Shown: positions 1-20,319, counted from the stretch's first letter. The stretch is DNA of 64,000 nucleotides from Camelus ferus (GCF_009834535.1 NC_045714.1:14942001-15006000); one strand, 5' to 3'. Notes: generated by a model from the letters alone, not told the origin. A program made the numbers and translations.

Positions 1-106
1 AGGATCCAGAGAAGAGGAGTGGAAAAATTCAGATGCACATGACACCCAGTTCCAGTTTGGGAAGGAAGCTTTCACCGGAGCTTTGGGGCAGCAGCCGCCC
101 AAGCCG

Positions 107-126
107 GGCGCTGTCCTTTCAGCACC
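107..126. promoter_or_regulatory. Non-canonical RE1/NRSE with both half-sites rearranged
   Basis: GGCGCTGTCC (reverse complement of GGACAGCGCC) at 107-116, directly followed by TTCAGCACC at 118-126. Confidence 0.35.
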
Positions 127-2244
127 ATCGGCACCGCGCACGCTCCCCTGAAACTTCCGAGCCAGATACCCTCTTCTTTTGCCCTCTCCCCGTGGCCTCC
201 TCCTCCTGGCGCACGTCACTGGTTACACTAAGTAGCCAGAATGGAATGCTGAGCTGACAAAACTGATGTTGGCCACTGTCACATCAGAGGACAGCTCGGG
301 GTCTCACAAATCCCCTCCCCAAGTATTACTGTGCATTCTTTTCCCATGGGGAGCTCACCCCGCAGGGCTGTGACCCTGCCTCTCCTGTCCTGGCTCCCCT
401 GCCTTTGTGTGCCTCTCACCCACCATCATGTCCCCCCGAGCCTGTCACAGACAGGGCCCACGATGTAGTCCGGGGATGTCACAGCTGCTGTTGGCAGAGG
501 CCATCGGGAAATATACCTGGATTATCCCATCTTTGGGGAAACTACAATGGTGACCCTCCCCATGATGGTGAAGCTGAGACAGTGGGCTCAGCACCTCCTG
601 GGAACCCACTTCTCCACAAGGCCGGTGGCTCGTGTCTCTAGTTCCACACACTCAACCTTGGACGGTGGGGCCAGAAGGGAAGACATCAGAGCAGAGGGGA
701 GTCAGTGGGGAAGAAGCCAACTTCCACCGGCTGCCCATCCTGGCCAAGGGCCATCAGCTGAGAGGGCGTGCAGGCCACTCTGGTGGAGGGGGAGGCGGCT
801 CCAGCACCTTGCTGCGGGGGCCCTTTAGGCACAGCCCCATGGGATGCTCTGTTGAGACCCTGCAGTCACAAAGAAGATCCTTACACCCCACTCATGGCCA
901 GTGACCACATGGACACGGGGGACCAACACTGAAAACAGCGTCTTCCGTCCCATCCCCTCCCCGCTTCCTCCCAGCAGGGAAGGAGCAAGCTCCTTCTCTA
1001 GTCATGGTGCCTTCAGAAAAGCAGACGACCCCACAGCACCCAGAGAGAAAGCTCCACCAGACAGAGAAGCAAGGCTTAATTTGGGGAAATGAGAAGAGCC
1101 AGGTTCTCAGTCGTGTAACCTGGGTCAGGGCTGCTGTTGCCCTAGCCCTGTGGTTTGGGCAGCAAGAAGTGCCTACTCAGACAGAAAGTCCCGGCCCTCC
1201 CTGCCAAGGAATTTTCCATTATTAGGGAGAAGGGCTGTACTATTTATCCAACTTATGGGGGAACAGGGAAGCGAGGAAAGTATTTAAGATATGAAGGCAC
1301 TGGTTTTTTAAATCATCTTACACTAAAGGCAATATAAATTTAGTTTATAGTTGTTTCCAAGATCAGAACTCTCAGCAAGCCCCCAGCCCCTGGCAAACCA
1401 GCTAGTTGTGTGGGAGGGTGTTTCTCGTCCACCAGTCAACACCTTGTCACCAGGAGCCCGCAGTCGCCCGGGCAGCAGAAACAGGCCAGGCAAGGGTGGC
1501 CCTGGACGTGTCTAGAGGGCAGAAATCAACTTGTAGATCCTGGACCCTCGAGGGAACCCCCAGCCTGGCGCTCTGCCTCGAGGTGCCCCCACCCCGCACC
1601 CCACTGGCCAGCTTCTAGGAGCAGGGGGTGTTTGGGAGGCTGTGCGTTTTGTCCTCATCAGTCCATGGCTTCTGTACAAGGCAACTCACCCTCCCCTTCC
1701 CACACCTCTGGGCAAGTGGGGAGTCTGCTACACTCATCCTCATTCCGTGAGAGAGAAAACAGGGCTCAGAGCTCACACATTCTGGACCTGAGGTGTGACC
1801 CAGGCCCCACTTGGGTTCTCAACTTGCCGTCCCTCCCAAGGCAAGTTGAGGACATCCACTTTCCTTGCCACAGACTCTTCACCTCTGTGATCCAGCCCTG
1901 CAACTCACAGACCACCCCGTCCTCACCCCACCTCCCTACCTCCCACCTCCCTACCCTGGGCACATGACAGCTGCAAGGACCCTCAAGCAGGAGCCTTCAC
2001 ATGTACTGTTCCCTCTGCTAAGAATGCTGTTCCCTTCACTAGCACCAGAAGTTTCCTTCACGAGCACCGGAAGGTCCCTGTGGTTCTTCTCAGGGAGGCC
2101 CTGCTTGTGGGTCTCCCCTGAGGTGGGACTCCAGCCCTCCCTCTCAGCTCCGGTTTCTCATCACAACCTGAGACTTTGTTACTTACTTTCTCTCTCCTGT
2201 TCATCCGCTACCCTGACTAGACAGGAAGCTCAAGAGGAGAGCAG

Positions 2245-2340
2245 TGCACACACTCACACCCCGTGCACTCACACCCCGTGCATATACTCACACCCGTGCA
2301 CTCACAGCCCCATGCACACACTCCCTCCCCGTGCACATGG
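2245..2340. repeat. Short tandem repeat with unit ~CACTCACACCCCGTG
   Basis: About 5-6 imperfect copies. Confidence 0.7.
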
Positions 2341-3212
2341 CCACTGGCCCAGCCCACAGAAGCTGCTCATCAACCTTCCTTGTATGAGTGAACACCGTGT
2401 TCTAGGGCTGGATGTCACTTGGAGCCTCCAGCCAGGATGCACCCTTGATGACTTGCCTTGGGCTGGTGTGGGGCAGCAGCTGCTGGGATAGACCAGGGAG
2501 GATGAGAGCCAGAGCTCAATTCCGTGGAGACAAGCTCCCCAGCAACAGAGCGGTCAGCCGCCCTGCCCACACACAGGCTGTTGGCATCTAGGCCCTGGCT
2601 GCCCGCCCACTGCCAGCCCAGGCTCGCTTGAGTGCTTGCTTGCTTGCTTGGCCAGATGTCCATTAGGCTTTGGGCAGAACAGTCCAGCCCGGGGCAGAGC
2701 CCATGGGCTGTGAAAGTCCCCCCTCCCCTCACCCCCTCACCCAGGACAAGGTCACCACACACTAAGCCAGGGAGATGGGACAGAAAGGGTGGACTCCTGT
2801 CCCAGCACACCAGGAAACATCAGCCTAGGAGGAGCTGCAGCCGTTGGCCAGCAGCAGGGGCCCTGCTGGGGTGGCCACTGAAGAACCACAGCACTGGCAA
2901 ACAGGAGCTCACCTCGCGGCAGTGCAGAAGGCCGGGGGCAGCTCCTCACTGGTCAGGCGGAGGGAGATGGTCCCACCTCATGAGGCTGCCTGGTGCTAAA
3001 TGGAGATGACCCTGTAGAGCAGCACCCAGGACAGGGCAGTGCCCAGGAAAGAGCAGGGAGACACACGGTGACCCCCGTCCCAGCTTAGAAGCCCCTGCTT
3101 CCTTGGTTTCCTGCAAACCCTCCCATGGGGGAAGACTCCCAGTTCAGACCTGCTGACACACCACCCCTGCCTCCTCCCGGTGTCTAATCACAGAGATAAG
3201 ATCCTCTTAAGC

Positions 3213-3412
3213 CAGTCACTCTCACGCGGGGCAGCTTTGTCCCCCAGGGGACATCTGTAATGTCTGGAGATATTTTGATTGATTGGTATGATGGGGGCAG
3301 GTGCTATTGGCATCTAATGGGTAGAGGCCTCCAAGAGTGCACAGGACAAGCTTCCCACCCCCACAGAGAATTCTCTCTCCCTAGATGATGAGAGTACTGA
3401 GGTTAAGACACC
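3213..3412 (+). mobile_element. MER20-like hAT-Charlie DNA transposon fossil
   Basis: CCCCCAGGGGACAT..AATGTCTGGAGATATTTT..GGCATCTAATGGGTAGAGGCC resembles the recalled MER20 consensus. Confidence 0.75.
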
Positions 3413-3764
3413 ATGATTTAGGTTAACAAGTTTTCTTTCTTAAAAGGCAAATATTTCTGATAAGTTAGCCATTCACACCTTAGTATGAAATAGTGCCAAC
3501 AAATTAATTTTCTCCTTAAAGCTCCTAAGGATACCTAAGCCAAGGGAGGAGAGCTTTCATGGGCAAGGAGGAAGGAGTCTGGGGTGTTGGGAAGGAGAGC
3601 AACTCCCCCCACTCCAGGAAGGGCTTTGGGTGGCAAGTATCTGCCAAGTGGCAACAGGATAGCTCCTCAATGGAGTTCAACAAAGTAATCCTAGGTTTTC
3701 CATATTGCTATTTTCTAGCCTGATGACGTCTACCTTTACACCATCACAGAACAAGGAATCTCTG

Positions 3765-3945
3765 CTTCTGCTTCCCAGCTCACTGGCTTACTCTAAGTGC
3801 GTGACTGGGCCAGCTGTAAGCCTCTCTGTCCCTCCGTCCCTCAGCCTGTAAATGATGGGGTAATGCTGATAAAGATGTCACGGGAGTGTAATGACAGTGC
3901 ACAGCACCTAGAACAATGCCTGGCATGAGTAAGCGTTACATAAGC
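3765..3945 (+). mobile_element. MIR SINE fragment
   Basis: GTGACTGGGC..AGCCTCTCTGT..CTGTAAATGATGGGG..AGAACAATGCCTGGCATG MIR core. Confidence 0.65.
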
Positions 3946-4544
3946 TTCAAAGTAAAAATAAATGAATCGATTCCAGGGCCGGCTCTGAGTGATCACATTT
4001 CCAACGTGTATGTACCCCCTTCCTCGACACCGGGGCTGTGGATCCTGGGTGTCGGGAGACACACAGTAAAGGAAGGGCTGAGAGGACACCAGAGGCACCT
4101 AGTGTCCCCAGAGCCCGCCCCCACCCCAGCAGAGGCCACTGCAGCCTTCCTTCTGAGAGAGCTGGGGCACAGGCAGCAGCCCTGGTCTCACCCAGACCCC
4201 AGGCCTAAAGGTGCATGGAGCCCCCATCCAGGCCCTTCCCACTCTGAGGGGCAGGAAGTTTGCTCAGAGACCTGAGACGGAAGGGGAAATTTTACAAAAC
4301 CCCACCGTGGGATTCAGGAGCACGGCCCCACCCCTCTTCCCTCCCTCTGCCTGTCCTCCAAGTCCCCATGGCTCAGTACTGCCCCTTACTCTCTGGACAG
4401 CTGAGGCCTGGACCCCAGGACCCCAGCCGGCAATACAGGCCCAGCTTCAAACAGCAGCTGGCATGATGCTCATTGCCAGAGCCTGGGGTGGGCTCCCTGG
4501 GCCAGGGAGCTGGGACCATCAGGCACTCGGGGCTGGCACAAGCC

Positions 4545-4580
4545 CAGCCCCCAGCCCCCAGCCCCCAGCCCCCAGCCCCC
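4545..4580. repeat. (CCCCCAG)n heptamer repeat
   Basis: About 4-5 copies. Confidence 0.75.
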
Positions 4581-5249
4581 ACAGGGCTGCCAGTGTGCCT
4601 CGCAAGATGGCTTTCAGAGGCTGGGGCCACTTCGCCAAGCATCTTTAGAGACGGCCCAGAGAGTATGATCTGGTCCCTGCTCCACTGACCCTTCCAGGCC
4701 GCCCACTCTACCCAGAGTGGACACAGGACAAGCAGGGCCTGGGCACCTTCTTGCCTCCTCCTGGTCTTGGCGCCTTGCTCACTGCTGCCTCAGGCCCCCT
4801 TAGCCCATGTGCAGGCCAGGCCCTGGTGTGAGGCTGACTGGACCGCCATTCTGGTAGCGACCTTGGCTGGGCTCCCAGCTGATGAGCCCACGTTTGAGCT
4901 GTTTTTCTCCTCATGCAGTCATGGCCACCCCCAGCCCTTCTCTGCCTCCTCCCCAGCTGACCCCCACAGAGAGACACCAAGAGCAGGAAATAAAGCCAGG
5001 AAAGGAGGCAGCTCCCCCTTTCATGAGCTCCATCCCTCCACGACCCAGCCCAGCGGAGTCAGGAGCAGCCTGGACTCATACTCTGCCCAACAAGTGTGGC
5101 TGCCTGGCTGGCTTCTCCCCACATGGCTGCTGGGCCAGGAAAGCTGCCCAGTGCTGCCCTCATGCAGCCAGCCATGGGCACCCCCAGGGACGCAGTCCTG
5201 ACTCCAGGCAGCCAGCCATCAGCGCAGGTGGAGCCGAGACACAGCTGGT

Positions 5250-5520
5250 GTGTGCTCACACACACAGTCATGCTCAGGTACTCATACGTGCATGCACATG
5301 CATGCTCTCCTGAGCACGCACAAGATGCACGTGTATACACACACGCACACACACCTGCACACATCCACTGCCCCAGCTCCCAAGGACTCCGGTTCACCCC
5401 ACCATGTTCTGCCCACACTCTACACAGCCACACGCAGATGTGCACTGTTCTCGCACAGGTCTGTACGGCTGGGTACACACCCCCGGGGCACACATGTAAT
5501 CTGACACACCTACGGTCCCA
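5250..5520. repeat. Degenerate CA/TG-rich simple repeat
   Basis: CACACA/TGCACA runs. Confidence 0.6.
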
Positions 5521-7642
5521 CTCAGAGACATGCTAGGGCACCCAGGAGGAGACACACCCACAGCCACCCACAAAATGAGAAACCCTGGGGTCCCGTCACT
5601 GGAGTCTGAGGTCCCTGATCAGACACAAAACTGTCACCACCAGGGTCACCCCAACCCCTGGAGGAGGGAGGGAAGGTGCTTCCTGCCTTGAGGGAAGGGC
5701 ACTGGGAATCCTGGGGAGACAAGAGCAGGAGAGCCAACCCATTTGCCCAGCTCAGCAGGACCCTGCAGCTCCACGGACTCATTAATTTTTCAGAGGCACC
5801 CAAAGTGCAGATTGAAGTTGCCAATCCGGTCATGGCGGGTCCTGCTTTAAATTATTCACCAGACCAGCAGAGCGGGAGAGATCTGGCCCCAGGCCCCAGC
5901 TTCAGGGGCCACTCGCCCTGCCTGGGCTTGGCACCAGCTCTGTGGCTGCGGGGAGGGCAGACCCCTGGGCCCCCACGTTCTCCTTGGCAGCCCAGGCGTT
6001 CAAGCTGGGTGTGAGCACTGGTCTGTCCCCAGCTTGGGCCCCGGCCCTGAGGCTGTACCACTGCCCCCACCCCAGGGTTCACTGTCCAGGCTCTGGTGGC
6101 CCACCCCATCCACCCGCCGCCCCTGAAGCTGACGCCCCGCCCCCAGGCTCGGTGGACTCCGCCCCCTGCCCTGCTCCTCTGCCCCAGCCCGCAGTGGGAA
6201 AGCCCGCTGGACCAAAGGGAGGGCCCCCCACTCCAAACGTTTCACCGCGCCGCCTCAGCCTGGACTCCAGCGCCCGCGCTGGGAGCTGGACAGCGGCAGG
6301 GGCAGTTGGGAGGCCACTGCGCAGCGCCAGCGAGCACCTGACCGCAGCGGCTCCTTCCACCCACCACCGCTCCATCCGCGCGTGTTGGGGGGTGGGGGGA
6401 GCCTAGGCCGGAACCTGCACCCTTGCTGCCTGCACTGCCGTTCTCAAAGTTCGGTCCAGGCACCCCAGGGCCCAAGAACCTTCCAGAAGGCCCTCAAGGT
6501 CAAAGCTGTTTTCACCGCAATACCGAGGCCTGGTCTCTGTCCAGCCTGCTCTCCCTCCTACAGTGGGGTATTCGGGGCCACGTGCTGTGTGATCTTGTGC
6601 TTTATGCATTTCTGATTTTATTCCCTGGGCACAAAACACATGGCTACTACCCCAGTGGTGTTTGACACTGAGGGTTTGAGAACCGGCGCCCGGAGCGTGA
6701 AGGGCTCAGCTGTCCCACCCAGTCCTCCCCTCCCGACTGGGGCACATCTTCCCGCTGTCAGGCCCCAGGTGTGGCCAGAGCCCACCCTTCCCCATAAGCC
6801 CCTCCGGAACAGCCCAGAGACCCTGGCCTCTGCCCACACCCATCTCTGCAGGGTACTGGTGGTAGGGGAGCTCCAACCTGGAGGTCAGCGGGAAAATCCT
6901 GGGAGAAGTGCTGGGTGTGCTGCCCCCGCGTGGACACTGGGAGCTACTGCATGTCCTCACCAGCTAGGACCCAATTTCTCCTCCGCCCCGCGGACTCCAC
7001 ATTGAGAAAGGCACCAGGGGCGCAGCGAGGTACGGATCCCTACCAGGCAACAGAGTAGGAGCCTGTACCTTCCTGGGCCTGGCTTTATTACTCCATCCCC
7101 AAAGGGGCCCGAGGCGCCCAGATCCTCCTGAGACACCCCACCCTCCACCGCGGTGGGGACCTCCGTCTGCTTCAGGTTATGCTGGGCACCAGGAAACGCT
7201 TCCACTTCTGTCCTCATGCCATCTTAGGAGCCCATGAGCCTGGAAGTATTTGTGCCCCCACACCAGAAACACGCCGACCAGAGGGGCGGGCAGTGCGACC
7301 CCAGGGGCAGCCCTCTGGTGGGCAGGACAGGTTGACATTGCCCTGCCCGGGACATCTCGATGATCAGAATTTGCTCGGACCAGAGAGTGAGTAAGGGTCC
7401 CCTCAGGGACCACACAGAAGGCTTCCTTGGACCCCAGCTGGTTTCACTCTTACCTTGTCTCAGGTTGGCAAGTTTCTCTGGCTTGACCCTAATTCTAACT
7501 GGGCCAAAATGTGTCAGAACAGCTTCCTGGGGCACAGCCTGTAGGATCACACCAGGTTTCTCTCACCAGCAATGGTGGCTCAAGGAGGCCCAGGACTGCC
7601 AGGGCTCCGGAGAGCTGCAGGAGGCCCCCAGTTTCCTTGGGT

Positions 7643-7810
7643 AGGGCCACAAGATAAAACACACAGTCCACTTTGAATCTCAGGTAAGCGACAAATACTT
7701 TTTCAGTGCAAATATGGTATGGGACATATTTATATTAAAAAATTATCCACCATTTATCTGAAATCCAAATTTGACTGGGGATTGTGTCTGTGTTTGCTGA
7801 TTCAAGCTGC
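7643..7810. mobile_element. MER53-like palindromic DNA element
   Basis: AGATAAAACAC..TTTGAATCTCAGGTAA..ATGGGACATATTTATATTAAAAAATTAT..TTTATCTGAAATCCAAATTTGACTGGG. Confidence 0.65.
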
Positions 7811-8090
7811 CTTCCTTGGAGGCCTCTGTGGGTCAGCCCCGACCCTTCCCGGCTACCAGCACGACCCTGGGAAGGGCGTCCTGACCCACTTTCTGCCTGG
7901 CCAATTCAGCTGTCCTTTTCCTGGTCCTCCCCCTGCGTGCAGCCCATCCCCACTCCAAGAGGCCCGTCCCCACTTTGGGACTGGGTGGGGAGACACCAGC
8001 AGCCCCTCCATGGGCTTAACCCTAAACCACGTGTGCCCTCCTCTCCTGGCTGGCCCCTTGTTCGCCTGCACAACTCCCATCCCCACCTAG

Positions 8091-8525
8091 TGTGGTGAGT
8101 TGGTTATGCTCCCAAAGATTTCAGGCCCAACTCTGGAACCTGTGACATGTGGCAAGAAAGCGTTTTGCAGAAGTGACTAAATCAAGGGTCTTGAGATGAG
8201 ATTATCTGGGATCGGTCAGGTGGGCCCTCGGTGCCCTCATATCTGTCCTTGTAGGAGGGAGGCAGAGGAGACTTGACCCAGAGAACAGTGGCCATGGGAC
8301 CATGCAGACAGATTAGGGAGATGTGGTCACAAGCCAAGGAAACTTAGCAACCACCAGAAGCTGCAGGAGGCATGGGATGGACACTTCCCGAGAGCCAGTG
8401 CAGGGCGCGGGCCTGCCCACACTGGATCTAGTCCCAGTGCTGACTGTGGACTGAGAGTTCATTGCTGCTGTGTTAAGCTGCCAGCTTGAGGTCCATTTGC
8501 TGCTGCAGCCCCAGGGGTCTCACAC
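8091..8525 (+). mobile_element. MLT1-family (ERVL-MaLR) solo LTR
   Basis: CCCAAAGAT..TGGAACCTGTGA..TTTGCAGAAGTGACTAA..CTTGAGATG..CACAAGCCAAGGA..CCACCAGAAGCTG. Confidence 0.8.
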
Positions 8526-9331
8526 TAGGGTGCCCTGCGATTGGCCCAGTGCTCACCCTGGAGGGGAGCCTGCACCCTGCAGGCCAGCTCCTGCTGAAGG
8601 CAGACAAGTCTGCACTGTGCACTCTTTCAGGGAATCTGCTCACCCCCACCCTGAGCTCGGTCTGCAGCACCAACACCTGGCACAGTCTGGCTGTGTTCTG
8701 GCAGCAGGAGTGGCTGAGATGGGAGTGGTCCTGCCGCTCCACCCCCTACTCCCACCCCCACACCCTGTGCTCGCTGACCAAGGTCAGGGCTTGCTCTGGG
8801 GTTCCTGGGGCTGGAGTTCCTGGGTGTGCCAAGGGCCCCGTTGCGAAGCAGGATGGATAGGAAGCTGTCTCCAGCCACAAGTGACCGGCTGGCGAGGACA
8901 GTAAGACAGGGCTTCCAAGGGCGTGGGAGCTGGAAAATCCGAGGGGGGTGTGTGTGTGTGTGTATGACAATCACGCGTGGGGGAGGAGCCCTCAGCCCAT
9001 CTGTCCTTAGAGAGACCCCAAGAACACTCAACCCCCTTCTGCGGGTCCGAAGTGGCTTTGTCCTGGAAGCCCCCACAGGGGGAATGCCAAAGCCCCCTCA
9101 CCAGCTGGACTCGGGATCCAGCGCCCCACGGCCCACCCCAGGTAGCCCGGGAGGACACTGGTCAAGGCGCCGGCAGGGCTGGTGGACCCCGGGCGGGACG
9201 CCGAGCGGGGAGAGGCCAGCAGCTTGGTCGGGGACCCGGATGGGGCCCTAACAAGCACCCTCCTGCAGGACAGGCCGCCTCGCCCCACCCCACCCCCAGC
9301 AGCAGGCGCACACGGCTCCGGGGTCGCTCAG

Positions 9332-9337
9332 TTTATT
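9332..9337 (-). terminator. EEF1A2 polyadenylation signal AATAAA
   Basis: TTTATT on + strand about 260 nt past the inferred stop. Confidence 0.8.
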
Positions 9338-9592
9338 GGTAAAACGGGCACTGAGCGTGGTGAAGGCTGGACGCGGAAGCCGGGGCGGCAGGGGCGCTTT
9401 TCCTCTTAAAGAACTTCCACTGGACCTTGATGGCGAGCATCCAGTCGCTGACGGAGAGCCTCTTACAAGCGGAGGTGCAGACATGCGCCTGGAGGGGGGG
9501 CGGGNNNNNNNNNNNNNNNNNNNNNNNNNNNNNNNNNNNNNNNNNNNNNNNNNNNNNNNNNNNNNNNNNNNNNNNNNNNNNNNNNNNNNNNN

Positions 9593-16456
<6,864 letters not shown>

Positions 16457-17199
16457 TCACCCCCATCTGGAGGGACCGAGAAACACCCGGCTGGGTGAGC
16501 CCCATGACCAGTCAGGAGCCTGCTGATGAGTCACCCTGCCCTGTCCCCAGGACTTGCTGCCCCACCCGGAGTCCTGGGCCAGGACACTGCACCCGACCCC
16601 ACCCCACCCCCACCCGCAGAGCTGCCACCAAGGAGAGACGGTCAGCAGTTTCCCACTCCCCATCCCGAGCAGGGACAGCGCCATCTTCCTCTCATCCCTG
16701 CCCGGCTGGCTGGCACCAGGGGAGACAGGCTGGATCAGAGCTCAGGCACAGTGATGCGATGCCCAGATCAGGGGCCCAGAATAGCTCAGGCCCTCCCGGG
16801 ATCTGGACGGGGGCAGACAGTAGGGCGGGGGGGGGGGGTCCCTGCTCTGTCCAGAGGAGGGAGAATCTGGCCCCAACCGCCAAGCTCAGCAGACACCAGA
16901 CAGATGCCCCAGCCTGGTGGGATAAGGGGCCATCCCCTCCTCCTTCCCTCTGGTCACAGGGTCACAGCCCCTGCCCCATTCTGGAGGTTAGTGAAGAAAC
17001 CTAGGCAGACCAGGAGGGGACAGGTGGCTGGGGGCGGGAAAGAGGGCGAAAACCGTGCACCCTAGGGTGGGGACACTGGGTGGACATGCCGGCAAGGCAG
17101 GGGGCAGGGCGGCAAGGACCCCTCAGGTCTCACTGCCTCCCTCTTCCCACTCCGTCGACAGGGCACCCCCAGCGCCCACCTTTACCAGCCCCAGCGCCG

Positions 17200-17850
17200 A
17201 CGACCCTGCCCCAATCCCGCAGGGCCCCAGGTGTTCCCAAGGTCACAGCTGCAGGGCGATCGCAGCAGCCCAGGAGACCAGCCCCCGCGGCAGCTGCCGC
17301 GTAAATAAGCGCCACCCCTGTGCCCCCACCCCACGCCCGGCGACTGACCACCCGCGCCGGGTCCGGGAGTGCGAGGCCGGTGGCCGATCTCCGCGGTGAG
17401 CAGCGCAGCCTCGCCAGGCGCCGAGCCTGGCCCCTCTCTGCCCCTAGGGCCGGTCCCCAGGGAAAGGACCCTCTGCGGAAAGCTGGGCGCGGGGGCGGGG
17501 ACCCGGAGGCCCAGCGTCCTTACCCAGAGCCGAGGTCTCAGCCAGAGGGACTGGCAGCGCCGGCGCCGGCGGTTTTATCTCTCCAGGAGGGGGTCCACCT
17601 ATTGACGGAGCAGGCGCAATGCACTGCGCCCCTGCAGTACGGCAATGCGGTACCCGCGAGGGCGGGGCTGGGGGCGGGGACGCAGGGATGCAGGGATGCA
17701 GGGATGCAGGGACGGCGGCCCGAGGACGCTTGCGGGAGCGGCAGGGGCGTGAGAAGGGGATGCGGCGAGGGAGCGAGCTACAGAGGCAGAGAAGAGCCCC
17801 CGAGGAAGGGCGCGCGGGGAGAGAAACACCATCGGAGGCAGGGGAGGGGT
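17200..17850 (-). promoter_or_regulatory. EEF1A2: EEF1A2 CpG-island promoter and non-coding exon 1 (~17550-17524); exon 2 begins at 16234
   Basis: TATA-like GATAAAA at 17579-17573; pyrimidine-rich start CCCTCTGGCTGAGACCTCGG resembling the human 5' UTR; donor G|GTAAGG at 17523; GC boxes; (GCAGGGAT)4 at 17682-17713. Confidence 0.8.
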
Positions 17851-19807
17851 GGAGACCCGGAGAGGGAGACAGAGGGAGGGAGGGGCGGAGATGGAGAGAG
17901 GCACCGGGAGAGACACACAGCCAGAGGCGGAGGACAGATAAAGCAGGAGACTGAGGCACCAGGCTCAGGCACATGGAGACAGGAGCAGTGGGCCCCCGCA
18001 CAAGACAGAAAGACATTTTAATCATAAAAGGAGGCCCGCGGATGGGGCTGGTCCAGGGAGGGGGCAGGTGGGGCAGGGGAAGAACCGGTCAGGTCTGGGA
18101 GGGGGTTGCTGAGGTCGGGGGTCTGGACAGCTGTCCTGCCTGCATCTCCCAGGGCCAGGGCTGGCCCTGGATGTCCTTGGTGCCTGATTTTCAAATGGAG
18201 CTGTGTTCTGAGACTTCTACCGGAGGTGGCCTGGGGGTTCAGGCCCTCCTGGTGAGACCCCAGAATCGGCTTGTTCCCAGCACCCCTGCCTCAACGTACC
18301 TGCCGCACGGGCTCACCCCAACAGGCCCTCAAAGCCAGGTTCTCCCTATCTGCCCCATGATTTGGCCCCGAACAGGGACCTCCAGGGTCCCCTCCGCTGG
18401 CCACGTGGCCTGCGGTGCCATCAGCAGGCCCAGTCAGACCACCTCCCTCAGAGGCCCCTGGAAAGAACTGTTTTCCACCCGGGGCCCCCCTGAGTGCAGG
18501 GAATACTTTAAGTCCACCCTGAGGGCCCACCGAAGTCTTCAAGGGCTGCGCTAGTCTGCACGCATGGGCGAGGGTTCCCAGGGAAGCAGAGTTTGCCAGT
18601 GAAACAATCAGCTCCCAGACAGAGTTCCAGGCTGTGGCCCCTCGGCCTCCCTCACTCCTGGCCCTGGTGGGGTCACAGTGCCGAACCACAGCCAGTCTGT
18701 CAGAAGTGCGATGGTCACTGAGGATCCTGGTCATACCAGCGCAGTGGCCAAAACAGACTCTGAGGAGGGGAATGGGTTAGCGAAGACCAACGTTGTGGGC
18801 CTCTACCAGGGACCTCTGATCTTGTCAGTTCACCCATGACTGCATCTCCCCGTGGCCACCCCTCCTGTCTGCCTCAGATGCGGAGGACGCTTGCATCTTT
18901 GCCAGCTTTGTAACCACAGGGTCCAGGACAGGGTCAGGCAGGGTCTCAAAAAATGTGTGTTGAGTGGGTGAGAGCAGAGGCCTTGTGCCTAGCACCTTCT
19001 GATGGGCAGTGCCCAAGGAGAGCCCCAGAGATGGGACCTCCACCAGGTCAGGAGGTAAAGACGGGCCTGGGGCAGTGGCTGGGGCCGAGCAGGTCTCCCC
19101 AGCCCATGGGGAGGGTCTCTCAGGGAGGGGAGGGGCCCTCCTGCCGGACTGTCCCAGAGTCTGCCTCACAGAACAGGCAGGGAGCAGCTTGCAAGTGACC
19201 CGGCCCGTCCAAGTGCTGCTGATACCATCAAACAGGAGCCAGGAATTAAAAATAAACGCCTGCAGAGAAGGCGTGACCCGCCCCACCCTGCCCAGCTGGC
19301 CTCTATATTTACCACGTCCCCTCCTGCTGAAGGTTAGGCAGGATTTGGGAGTTGGCGTGACTGGCTGAGGCTGGGATGGGACAGACCAAGAGGGCAGGAG
19401 GCCTGGGTCCCTGTGGATGCCACCCCAACTCCCCCCGAGGGACCACCAGCTACCTGCTGCCTCAGAGGGTGTCCATCAGACACCCCCTACACAGGTCTGA
19501 GCCTCACCTCTCCACCCCCTCACCCACAGCTGACAGTTGGCAGGAATCAAACCGCAGTGGGGTGCCCGTGCCAAGGGCTAGTCTGTGCTGGGAGGCCCGG
19601 CTGCCCAGAGCAGTGGCCACTGCTGGTGGAATGCAGTGTACTCCCTCGCTGGCCCTGGCAAGGGGTCTCCAGTGGTTTCTCCAAAGGGCCTCCGTGTCCC
19701 CAGGACGTGCCCATCAGCCAGACTGCCTCCGGGGCCCCGGGAGCCCAGGCCGCTGGGCCATCTGGAGACACTCGGGCTCATGCAGGCAGTGAGACTAAGG
19801 AAGGTAT

Positions 19808-20100
19808 GATGCTAAATACTGACACACCAGCAGTGCTCACCTACTAACCGAGGCATGGCACAAGTAACTGGTCAGCAGCTCCTAACCACTGCGTCATATA
19901 AATAACTAGCAGACAGCTGCTACCACTGCGTGGTGCAAATAACTGCTAAACAGCTACTAACTATGAAGTAGCACTTAATGTCTACTAGCGACTGATTTGT
20001 ACTTAGTAATTAGTGAATAGTACTAACTTACTGCTAGTCACTAACTAGTACTGAATAACTACTAACTACTAAGCAATACCGCTTACTATGTCATGTACTG
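19808..20100. repeat. AT-rich low-complexity (CTA/TAG)-type tract
   Basis: CTACTAACTACTAAG-type words in otherwise very GC-rich sequence. Confidence 0.6.
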
Positions 20101-20319
20101 AATCGCCACAGTCACCAAGCCTTGCAAGTTCACCGAGTGCTGGGGGGTCTCCCAGGCAGCCTGAGGACCCGTGGGCCAAGAGCCAGCTGGACACAGAGAG
20201 GCAGAGCACAGGGCCCAAGGCCACAGAGCAAGGAGGCCGGGCTTGCAGCTGGCTCGGAAGGCTTGAGCCAGGCCCCTGTTACTTCTAGACGAGCCCTCCA
20301 GGGTCCCACCCGGGCTCCG

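Noticed and set aside
7643-7810. MER53 hairpin as a microRNA gene
   Set aside because: MER53 is known to seed some miRNAs, but this copy is degenerate and no expression evidence is available.
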